DNA of 64,000 nt from Macrostomum lignano (Eukaryota): NCBI GenBank assembly GCA_002269645.1, contig NIVC01000681.1, forward strand, positions 32,469 to 96,468, given 5' to 3'. Under the pieces are notes generated by a model. The model was not told the origin of the DNA and did not search any database. It saw only the letters and a list, made by a program, of their open reading frames with translations. Every line of letters starts with the position of its first letter. The first letter of the stretch is position 1. Positions 48,946-59,800 of this stretch are shown here, in pieces. The translations under genes were made by a program, and so were the position numbers.

Positions 48946-49202
48946 CGAGAGCAAGCCTACTAGCGTACGAGCTATTAGAGAAGGATTAGTTACTCTTCAT
49001 TGATGGCCTCTCATTGGTTAAGTTGGCAAGTTCTCAACAATGCGAGCCTGTACTGGCTAAAAGAGCCGGGTGGGGTTGGCTAAAAACCTGCTACCCAGCC
49101 CCAAGTCAATTGCATGGAAACGGATGACGCATTTGTAGCAACCAAGCAGCGAGATTATATTTTTTCACACAATCCGCTTGGTTTTGAGTCTGCACTCAGC
49201 TA

Positions 49203-51010
49203 ATGAAGCATTTCCCTCCAATGGATCCACTTGCTGTTATCCTGACCATCTCTTTGATGGCATTGATGATGTTTCTGCCCGCCGCCGGTTCAGCCTCCAC
49301 CGGGTCAACCTACGGCAGCTCGGACAGCCCCAGCAACAGCACTCTGCCTCCGACTTTCGCGGTAGTCGATGCCAGCGGCTCAATCCAGTGCTCCATGCGC
49401 TGCTCTGAGAGGCCGAACTGTCACGGCTTCTACTATTGGACTGAGAACCCGACGGTGTGCGAGCTGTTCAACACTTCTGTGTTATACTGGCGACCCTCGT
49501 GGACTGCTGTGGACCAGCCGTATGAATTCTTCGTCAACGATGCTGGTGAGTGTTTGTGTAGCTTTTTTGCGACAGAAAGTGGCCGCAACCCCAAGGGCGC
49601 CAATATACTCGTAGCGTGCTTTGGTGCTTTGGTTTCTTAGTTGCCGCTCCTGTCTCCCGGTGGGCGCCCCCTGTCTCTTGGTACGCGATCTTTGACGTAA
49701 GAGACAAGAGACGTAATGGTGGACGTCTCTTGTCTCCGGGTGGGCGCCCCTTCCGTACAGCAACCGTCGTCGGCGATGTCTGGCCTACCTTCCCGACGTG
49801 TATGACGAATACATGGGTGTAGTTTTACATTACACCGACGTTCAACCGACGTATGACGTCGTTATCCATCAATGTAATGGTAAAACACATATTTTTTACC
49901 GACGGCGATCTCCTGTCTCCTAGGCCGGTGGAAGAGGTGGTAAAAGTTGAGCTCCTGTCATTTGTAGGGCCTACCTGGATATCTGTCTCATAAAGTTCTC
50001 TCACAAAGTTTTTGGAGGAGAGAGTAATTTTTATGGGGACCAGTGAGGGAGGGGTTGCGACGCTTCCCAATCTGTGTACTCTACTGGTAGAGCCGCAGAG
50101 GCGTAAAGAATTAATTCGATGCAGGCCCAAGTGTTTGACGGTTCGTATGAAAAGTAAAGCGAAGCACAGGTTTAGATTGAAAAAAATCGATAATCTTTGA
50201 CTGTCTTTAAAGTGTTTAATCAAAAACTGGAGGTCGGAGGAAAAGACAAGCTACGCGGGACCACTCAGACCAAAACACTCCAAGCGAAAAGCTCACAGTC
50301 TCTGTGGATTTAACAACCGACTTTGTTTTTTTTCACGGCTTATGTTCACATACATAGCTAGCCCTCTGTTGAGCGCAGTAAAATTATCTGATTGACAAGT
50401 TTTCTGACTGTAATGTACCATTTTTTGTCTGCTTACTTCGGGGAGTAGCCAGGGGGGGGGACAACGAGGGGCCTTGCCTCCAAACAAAGCAAAAATGATA
50501 AAATCCCTTGGAGCAGAGAGCGCTTTAATAGCAACGAGTGTGTCCGCATGTGTTCGTTAATTATAAAATGTTACCGTAAAACAATCTGACAACGCGAACC
50601 CGTTTTCAGCTCCACAGAAGCTACAATTCGTCAACTGCAGCCAACATTCGGTAGCCTACAGCGGCGTGTGCACTCGAAACATTGACGGCAACACGGATTC
50701 GAACTTCTTTAATGGCTACTGCATTCACACCAACGGATTATCTGACCAATGGTGGGAGGGCAGCCTAGTCCAGACAGCTGTTGTGGCTTACGTCACTGTG
50801 TACAACAGGCTGGATATGTCTCCGGAGCGGTTGAACGACTTTGAAATACTTGTGGACGACGTTATCTGCGGCAGCGTGAAGGTGACGCAGCATTTCGAAG
50901 TGAGAAACGTGACCTGCGGCATGACTGGAAGCAGAGTTCGCGTACTGAGTCATGTCAATGATTACCTAAACATGTGCGAGCTCGAGGCATACGGCTTCTA
51001 CATTCAGTAG
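49203..51010 (+). CDS. Secreted PAN/Apple-like + F-type lectin (fucolectin) domain protein (~247 aa, 2 exons)
   Basis: Exon 49203-49545 (hydrophobic signal, Ser/Thr linker, CSMRCSERPNCHGFYY...CELF) and exon 50610-51010 (IDG..CIHT..QWW..NRLDMSPERLNDFEI..CG..VTC..G..VRV..LNMCELEAY), joined in phase 1. H-x26-R-x-D-x4-R fucose-binding motif counted intact. Confidence 0.85.
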
Positions 51011-51189
51011 TTCTGGGGCTCCTTACGCACGTGGGACCAATTGCATGCTTCTGCTTGTGCTCCCTACTTGCAACTTCCATTTTTTCTGATGCACTGCCAC
51101 CGACTTATATATCCCAGCAGTCTAGCGCGGCGCTCTAATGTTCTTACGCCCAGGCTCGATTTCAAATGCAGTTACATTAATTTTAGGCA

Positions 51190-51460
51190 AAATTTGAATC
51201 TCGACTAGGCTCTGCTCGTGCACTTAACAGCATTGAAGGTCAACTCCTAAGGCACAGTGAAGTGTGCATGCCTAACGATAAATAAAGTTAAAGCCGCTGT
51301 ACATTCCTGTGCCAGTCTGTGCCTGTGCGTATGACTGCGTACGTATCCGCGCGCTTGTGTGCCTGCTCAGGAGAGTTGGCGGAATGGGCAGTAATGCCTC
51401 TCGCCGGTTGTGTGACAATGTCGCTTAAAGTGCGCCAGGATGCGCACAGCTCCTGCCTCC
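51190..51460. repeat. Duplicated non-coding segment, copy 1 (uninterrupted)
   Basis: Colinear with 52830-52965 + 53680-53825 (gcacagtgaagtgt.catgcctaacgataaat; cgtacgtatccgcgcgc; ctcgccggttgtg.gacaatgtcgcttaaag). Confidence 0.8.
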
Positions 51461-52829
51461 TCCTTCGCTCGGACCGGATGTTTTAGTCTCGGGAAACTCA
51501 GCCTTCGGGTTGAGCCCGGCTGCTATCCACCTCTGAACCTGCGGCTGTCTGTGCAGTCTCGCGTCCTTATCAATTACGCGTAATGTATTGTTTGAGTGAG
51601 TTGCTCTTTTTAATCTCTACATGTATTTACACCTTTCAGTGGCAAAGTTTAACTGTTAACTTACTTTTATTTGTCAATACGAGTTCTAAGAAAACCCAGC
51701 AATATTTTCAGTTCCTTCGGAATCATCTACTCAGTCAGTGGCAACTTATTTTCAATTATAGATAGTTATAACTGTCTTGGTTGGAATTTTGAGTTCTAAT
51801 TTTTCCGTTATTGATTCAATTTAATCAGTGTAACGTACTAGCCTGTAAACAAGCTTTAACCGAGAGATTATACTGTAAAAAAGATTTGTTTTACTAGAGA
51901 ATGCTATTTTTGTAATATAGCTGTTACTCTCGCACGGTGGTCGAGTGGTGTTGAAGGACGACGTATTGTCGCAAATCGTGCAGTATTTTTCAAATTTCAC
52001 TAGAAAATGCGTATAGATATCTTAAATAGCTACTTTTCTGCGTTTTTTATATGACCATGTCTTTATATTCTTAAAAGCGTTTTTGATGAGACAATTTTAG
52101 AGAGCAATGTACTGTTTGTGTCTGTTTGATGTTTGCTATAATAATGTCTAAAAAAGTTTTTCAAGATTTTTTAATTAAATGCAGTCTATCATGTATCAAT
52201 CATCTATAAACACAGCGACTTCAAGTTTTACAGATAATGTGAAATAGATGACCAAAAATACTACGAGTACAAGATAGCCTATCAAATTTTGGAAAAATTG
52301 CTCAAGATATGTATTTAGTTAAACACAAAAAATGCTTCCATCGGTTCGATATGAGAGAATTACAAGCCTTGACTGAGATGAAATGGGTAGGTGGGTTACC
52401 GCTCCATTTTGTTTAGCAGGCATTCTCCAGTAGCAGTAATCGCTAACTGTACAGTGATGCGTGATGTTGTGAGGTCTAACAATAGACGTTGCTAAGCAGA
52501 TAGGATAGAGATTTTCAGAAAGTTTAATATTTGTACAGTTGGCGCTAGGAAAACTTTTGGAAGGAATAGAGTTAGAAGCGATTGATAATGATCATTTGTC
52601 TCTCTTCACCCTGCTCATAGATATCTTGATCAAAATATCCCGGCGCTCTGATCCCCGTGCTGATCTCAGTCACTTTAAAGACGCATTAAGCTAGGAGTCT
52701 GGACTGGGCAAAAATATTTTACTGAGTAATTTTATGGCAAAGTTGAAGACTTGGCTTGACTAATAGAACTTATCTGCATTGGATTTTTGCAAGTCGTCTA
52801 TCGTGGCACTTCGATGTGCCAGGCCCGGG

Positions 52830-53825
52830 AATCTCGGCTTGGCTCTGCTCGTAAAATTAAAGTTATCGAGGGCCAAACACCAAAGCACAGTGAAGTGTAC
52901 ATGCCTAACGATAAATGAAGTTAGGGCCGCTGCATGCACGCTTCTGTGTGAGTGTCTGCATGTGTATCCAAATGACTCTCCAAATGTCTATCTAAATGTC
53001 TCTCCAAATGTCTATCTAAATGTCTCTCCAAATGACTCTCCAAATGTCTCTCCAAATGTCTCTCCAAATGTCTCTCTAAATGTCTATCTAAATGTCTTTC
53101 CAAATGTCTCTCTAAATGTCTCTCCAAATGTCTCTCCAAATGTCTCTCCAAATTTCACTCCAAATGTCTTTCCAAATGTCTCTCCAAATGTCTATCTAAA
53201 TGTCTCTCTAAAGGTCTCTCCAAATGTCTCTCTATATGTCTTTCCAAATGTCTCTCTATATGTCTCTCCAAATGTCTCTCCAATTGTCTATCTAAATGTC
53301 TCTCCAAATGTCTCTCCAAATGTCTCTCCAATTGTCTATCTAAATGTCTCTCCAAATGTCTATCCAAATGTCTCTCCAAAGGTCTCTCCAAATGTCTCTC
53401 TAAATGTCTCTCCAAATGTCTCTCCAAATATCTCTCTAAAGGTCTCTCCAAATGTCTCTCTATATGTCTTTCTAAATGTCTCTCCAAATGTCTCTTCAAA
53501 TGTCTCTCTATATGTCTTTCCAAATGTCTCTCCAAATGTCTCTCCAAATGTCTCTCTATATGTCTTTCCAAATGTCTCTCCAAATGTCTCTCTATATGTC
53601 TTATAAATGTCTCTCCAAATGTCTCTCCAAATATCTCTCCAAATGTCTATCCAAATGGCTCTCCAAATCTGTATCCAAATGTGTGTCTGTGCCTATGACG
53701 CGGACCGTACGTATCCGCGCGCGTTGGTGTGCCTGCTGAGAGGAGTCGTAGGAATTGGCAGCAATTGCATCTCGCCGGTTGTGCGACAATGTCGCTTAAA
53801 GAGTCCCAGGGTGCACACAGCCCCC
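52830..53825. repeat. Duplicated segment, copy 2, split by a 12-bp minisatellite (aatgtctctcca)n at ~52965-53680
   Basis: Flanks align to 51190-51460; the array sits between the two halves. Confidence 0.85.
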
Positions 53826-54411
53826 TGACTCTAATTAGAAACAAAAATCTGAATAGAAAAATGAGCTATATTTTTGCTTGTATCTGAAAATTTGAGTGTA
53901 GCTGCTGGAAAAACATCCTTTTTTCTTTTTTCTGCCTTTTTAGCATTCTTCTACTACCTTAGGTACAATTAGTAGACTGACGAGACATGGGCACTTGAAA
54001 CGGTTCTTTTCGGCGAACCTTTGGCACCCGACAGAGTTCTTATAAGTTTAGCACTAATAAGACACGAGGAACGAGACAAGTAAACGACACTCTGAACTAT
54101 GGCATTTGGGGACGGCGACGCGACGAGAGTAGGACGAGAGGTAAAACCATGAAATTTTGCTCTTAATCTTAAATATGAAATTCTGGAACAGTACAGATAT
54201 TTATTATCTTTGATAGAAAGCAACCGTGGGGTAAATTTAGTACGAACGTAGTACTAAACAAATAATATTACCAAAAAATAAATATACACGCACATCCAAA
54301 CCACTTACTAACAATAACAACGGACAATATCTGACAGCTGAAATGTGGGTTTTATAGCGGTTAAAACAGCAGCTGTGCTGGTAAAGATCAAAGAAGCGTT
54401 TTAAAACCAGT

Positions 54412-55395
54412 CTAAGGTCCCGTCCAGGTGGACATGTAAGCCGGTGGTTTCGAGATTTGCATTTTTCCGCCAACTCGTTCTTTGCGAATTCGTCGCTCAA
54501 CGGGCATTGGAATGCTGACTGGCAGCTTTCGGCTCTGCATCTCCTTGTACAGCTTGTACAGAGCGGCGCGCTCACTGCCCGTGGCGCTGTTCAACAGTTG
54601 CGCAACAGCCTGCGCGTTCTGCACGTTGCTCAACTGGCGCAGGTCGGCTACGCGCATGAAACCGCTGGCCGGGTCGCAGATGTGCGCCTCGTAGGTTGTC
54701 CGAGTCCGAGTGCCGAACGTCGGACCGCTGAGACCGCCTGCTGGGATGATGCCGGGGGCGGCTCTGGCGGGCTGCTGGCCGAACCGGGTGAGCGGAACCG
54801 CCAGCTCGGCCGGGGCTGCCGGCGGCTTGCCGAACGCTCCGCGCGACGTGCTGCTCCGATCGTAGACAACGGCTCGACCGTCGATGCCCAGAAGGGAAAT
54901 CGCTCGCTGGCCAACGTCGAAGCTAGTTGGTACGCCCAGATAGTCGTGCTGGTAAGTTGACCGGCATTTGCCTCGAACAGCCCTGTCGAAGGACTCATTA
55001 GTGAGCTTTGGCTTCTGTTCCTGTAGAGGTTCGGTTGGCGACTGGCTCTCCTCACTTGCCGACGTGGCGGCGGCGGCAGTGGATTCGATCTTCTCCGTGG
55101 CGGTCATTGGCCTGCGGTAGCGCCACATCATGAACTCCTGATTCGGATGCGGATTGTTGTTTCGCACGCCTCTGGCGCTGGCGGCGCGTTCGGGACACGA
55201 CCTACCTGGTGGCAGGCGCGTCTTAGAGAAATACTCGCGATTGTACGTCGTGGTCATGAACAAGTCGTTGAATGAGTTTCCGGGCGCCAGTTCTTTGGCT
55301 GGCGGTACGACGCGTTGAATCTGCGAGCTGGCCGGTCGAAGTGCGTTGCTAGGCTGCGGGGCGGTTTGAATTTTCTGTATTACTGCGAGTGGCAT
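54412..55395 (-). CDS. Probable TEX26-like / Mn-motif (microtubule-inner-protein-like) protein, 3' ORF
   Basis: 327-aa non-repetitive GC-rich ORF with FMTTTYNREY, RSTYQHDYLG, RFG..APGIIP, RTTYEAH and a helical LLNSATGSERAALYKLY end, in the motif order I recall for TEX26. Splice to the upstream ORF is not resolved. Confidence 0.6.
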   Translation of the reverse strand: MPLAVIQKIQTAPQPSNALRPASSQIQRVVPPAKELAPGNSFNDLFMTTTYNREYFSKTRLPPGRSCPERAASARGVRNNNPHPNQEFMMWRYRRPMTATEKIESTAAAATSASEESQSPTEPLQEQKPKLTNESFDRAVRGKCRSTYQHDYLGVPTSFDVGQRAISLLGIDGRAVVYDRSSTSRGAFGKPPAAPAELAVPLTRFGQQPARAAPGIIPAGGLSGPTFGTRTRTTYEAHICDPASGFMRVADLRQLSNVQNAQAVAQLLNSATGSERAALYKLYKEMQSRKLPVSIPMPVERRIRKERVGGKMQISKPPAYMSTWTGP

Positions 55396-55494
55396 AAGAC
55401 TGATCTACCTACTGCATCGCTTGAACTTTCGTCTCGATGCGGTGGTCCTCTATTTTTAGAGCATTTCAAAGCCGATTGAGAGTTTCATGCATGG

Positions 55495-56145
55495 CTAGTG
55501 CCTGCGTTCACTCACCGAAGGCTCAGGCGGTTGATAGTAATAATTATGCGTAGTCTCGTAGCTGTTTACGTAGCTGAGACTTCTCTCCGCCATGTCAACA
55601 TCGCCCGCCACTCCGCTAACAATGCCGCTGGTGTCGCAGTCGGACGCCGAGCCGCGCTGCTGCTGAAGAAGCCTCGGCGCTGCAGTCCGCGGCCTCCATC
55701 GTCGCCCGTCCTGAGTCGCAGGTTCTTCGGCTCCGCAGCCGGACTGCGGAGTAGCCGAGCGTCCACTCGTCGCTCTGGGCCGTCCGTCCTGAGCTTCCGC
55801 TTTGATGGCACTGGAAAGTTCGAGCGCAGTGAGCAGCTCCAGAGCTCTGGCCTTCTCAGCTGGATTGCTGGTTGAATCGCAGAATCTCTGCAGCACGGGC
55901 TTCATGCTGGCATTCAGCGACACATTCGCTAGGTTAACGTCGGTGCCGACAAGCTGCGGCTGCGACGATGACATCGCGGGAGGCAGGGCTCCTGTAGCAA
56001 CGTCGTCTTCATCGCACGAACAGTCCATGCTACGAACTAGTTTTGCGGAGCTCCTACTGTTGCAGTAAGAGATCTCTTCTACGGTCTTTTTAGTCCCGCC
56101 TGGCCAAGCTTGTAGAGAATAAAAACTGCACTGTGAGTGCCTCAC
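55495..56145 (-). CDS. Upstream ORF, probably the 5' exon of the same TEX26-like gene
   Basis: Open non-repetitive frame ending YVNSYETTHNYYYQPPEPS followed by a strong donor |GTGAGT at 55515; first Met at 56028. Confidence 0.5.
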   Translation of the reverse strand: MRHSQCSFYSLQAWPGGTKKTVEEISYCNSRSSAKLVRSMDCSCDEDDVATGALPPAMSSSQPQLVGTDVNLANVSLNASMKPVLQRFCDSTSNPAEKARALELLTALELSSAIKAEAQDGRPRATSGRSATPQSGCGAEEPATQDGRRWRPRTAAPRLLQQQRGSASDCDTSGIVSGVAGDVDMAERSLSYVNSYETTHNYYYQPPEPSVSERRH

Positions 56146-56431
56146 CTATGCCATGCACAGAAGCTTTAGGCCAGTTCGTTGCTATGCAACAGGTAGGCGC
56201 TGCGGCGCTGAGTTAGAGAAAAAGAGCAGTCCCTCTGCCTGGGGTCTCTCGCCTTTCAATTTATTCTCTATCGCTGGAAGCGCTGCTTCACTTCTCACTT
56301 CTCATCTCTTCCCCCTGTGTGTGTTTTTTATGTCAACTGGAACGCTGTATAGTTATATGGAGCCTGGCAGATGTACTCAATAGACTGAGTACCTTTTAGG
56401 AGAGAAATAGTACGGAAATATGGAACAAGAG

Positions 56432-56640
<209 letters not shown>

Positions 56641-56881
56641 TTCATTTTGACCTTTTTTACCAGAGCTATCTAATCAATTAGTTCTCTTCATAATTATGAA
56701 GCAGTTCAAAGCCCATTGCAGACGTGCTTTTGCAGAAAATTCCCACAAATTCCAGCAAAGGGGAACATTTTCCGACAAATCGTTTGTTCTCCTCTATAAA
56801 ACAGAGCCTAAATTTCCTTGGGAACCTACCTTTCGAACTATCTATCTAAGCTAACTTGAGCACACATCTCAATCAGAAGCA

Positions 56882-59800
56882 ATGGGCAGTTCCGCATCTA
56901 TGTTCAGTAATACCTATGTTGCAGAGGGTCTTGACTACACACTGGAGTTCGAGACGGAGCCGTTTGCTGAGGGCAGCTGCCGGCTCGCTTTCCGGGGGGT
57001 CTACCGGGGCAGCGGTCCGAAAAATGGCATGCAGTGCGTCACTAAGGTGAGCAGTGTGTGTCACTAAGATGAGCAGTGTGTGTCACTAAGATGAGCAGTG
57101 TGTCACTAAGGTGAGCAGTGTGTCACTAAGGTGAGCAGTGTGTCACTAAGGTGAGCAGTGTTTCACTAAGGTGGGCAGTGTGTGTCACTAAGATGAGCAG
57201 TGTGTCACTAAGGTGAGCAGTGTGTCACTAAGGTGAGCAGTGTGTGTCACTAAGGTGAGCAGTGTGTGTCACTAAGGTGAGCAGTGTGTCACTAAGGTGA
57301 GCAGTGTTTCACTAAGGTGAGCAGTGTGTGTCACTAAGGTGAGCAGTGTGTCACTAAGGTGAGCAGTGTGTCACTAAGGTGAGCAGTGTGTGTCACTAAG
57401 GTGAGCAGTGTGTGTCACTAAGGTGAGCAGTGTGTCACTAAGGTGAGCAGTGTTTCACTAAGGTGGGCAGTGTGTGTCACTAAGATGAGCATTGTGTCAC
57501 TAAGGTGAGCAGTGTGTCACTAAGATGAGTAGTGTGTGTCACTAAAGTGAGCAGTGTGTGTCACTAAGGTGAGCAGTGTGTCACTAAGGTGAGCAGTGTT
57601 TCACTAAGGTGAGCAGTGTGTGTCACTAAGGTGAGCAGTGTGCCACTAAGGTGAGCAGTGTGTCACTAAGGTGGGCAGTGTGTGTCACTAAGATGAGCAG
57701 TGTGTGTCACTAACATGAGCAGTGTGTTTCACTAACGTGAGCAGTGTGTCACTAAGGTGAGCAGTGTGTGTCACTAAGGTGAGCAGTGTGTGTCACTAAG
57801 GTGAGCAGTGTGTGTCACTAAGGTGAGCAGTGTGTCACTAAGGTGAGCAGTGTGTCACTAAGGTGAGCAGTGTGTGTCACTAAGGTGAGCAGTGTGTCAC
57901 TAAGGTGAGCAGTGTGTCACTAAGGTGAGCAGTGTGTGTCACTAAGATGAGCAGTGTGTGTCACTAAGATGAGCAGTGTGTTTCACTAAGGTGAGCAGTG
58001 TGTCACTAAGGTGAGCAGTGTGTGTCACTAAGGTGAGCAGTGTGTCACTAAAGGTGAGCAGTGTGTGTCACTAAGGTGAGCAGTGTGTGTCACTAAGGTG
58101 AGCAGCAGCTTCAGTGCCTGATTCACTATATTACTAATCCTATTTAAAGCTTCCATCTTGCTTATAACCCCCCACAAAGGTTTTCAAAGATGGCGTGGCA
58201 AGGTCCGCAGCTCGACACTACTACATTGATGCAAGGTGCAGTGTGGTGGCTGAGGGCTACGCCAGGACCTACAACCGCCTGTTCATGCCATCCAAGCCGT
58301 TGCACTTCATTCAGCCAGTTCTGGCGAGGTATAATCCATATTTATATTTATAAAGATGATTATCGCGTATTTTAAAATGGACTTTAACGATCTATACGTA
58401 TCGGGCAGATTTTCAACGACAGCTCAGCCGCAGCTATTGCGCGGCGCATCTGAAGGCTGCGTACGGCTGTTCAGTCCAAGGACTGGGGGGGGGGGGGTCG
58501 CCACACACACCCTCAATTACCCCAGCTAATGCTGGCACCCATTTTACAGCTGGGTGAACTGAAGCAATGCAGAGTTAAGTGTCTTGCTCAAGGACACAAA
58601 CTGTTCCGAGTCGGGTCGAGAATCGAACCCCCGACCTTCAAGTCGTGAGTCTGATGCTCTAACCACTAGGCTGCAACCTCCAAACTCACTGATAAACACA
58701 AACTGTATTTGAGAATGGCTACTTACTAATCTACTGTATAGTTTATAATGACCGACACAAAAATTTTGCTAAAAAAACCTTAAACTTCAGCGCCTTACTT
58801 ATTCAAATTCCCCAACTCAGAACTCAAAAGCTGGCCTACTCAAACCTGGACTCGGCCGGGGTGCTCAGCATTGGAGATTACATTGCCGTAGAAGACTACA
58901 TACCTGGACATTACAGAAAATTCAACTCCAACACGGGTTGGTTTCTGGACGATGGAACGGACCCGGATCTGACCATTCCAGCGTTCAGTCATTTCACTTA
59001 CCACCACTCTGGTGGGCGACTGCTTGTGTGCGACATTCAGGTGAGATTGAGCTGCCCGCAAAGGGCTCTTGATAACTGGAGTGCACATAGACGTATGGAC
59101 CCTTTATAAAGATGATCAAAGAGTGCAGGAGTGGAAAGACCCCCACAGAGAAGATAATCAAAGAGTGCAGGAGGGGAAAGACCCCCACAGAGAAGATAAT
59201 CAAAGAGTGCAGGAGGGGAAAGACCCCCACAGAGAAGATAATCAAAGAGTGCAGGAGGGGAAGACCCCCACAGAGATAATCAAAGAGTGCAGGTGTGGAA
59301 AGCCCCCATCACAGAAATAATCAAACAGTGCAGGAGTGGAAAGACCCCCTCCCCCCACAGAGATAATCAAAGAGTGCAGGAGGGGAAAGACCCCCACAGA
59401 GATAATCAACTGGTGCAGGAGTGGAATGATCCCCACAGAGATAATCAAAGAGTGCAGGAGGGGAAAGACCCCCACAGAGATAATTAAAGAGTGCAGGAGT
59501 GGAAAGACCCTCACGAAGATAATCCAAGAGTGCAGGAGTGGAAAGACCCCAGCAGAGATAATCAAAGAGTGCAGGAGTGGAAAGACCCCCACAGAGATAA
59601 TCAAAGAGTGCAGGAGGGGAAAGACCCCCACAGAGATAATTAAAGAGTGCAGGAGTGGAAAGACCCTCACGAAGATAATCCAAGAGTGCAGGAGTGGAAA
59701 GACCCCAGCAGAGATAATCAAAGAGTGCAGGAGTGGAAAGACCCCCACAGAGATATCAATTGGTGAAGGAGTGGAAAGACCCCCCACAGAGAAGATAATC

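Noticed and set aside
52779-53739. ORFs with NVSP / HLER / MSLQ repeats
   Set aside because: Translations of the 12-bp minisatellite.
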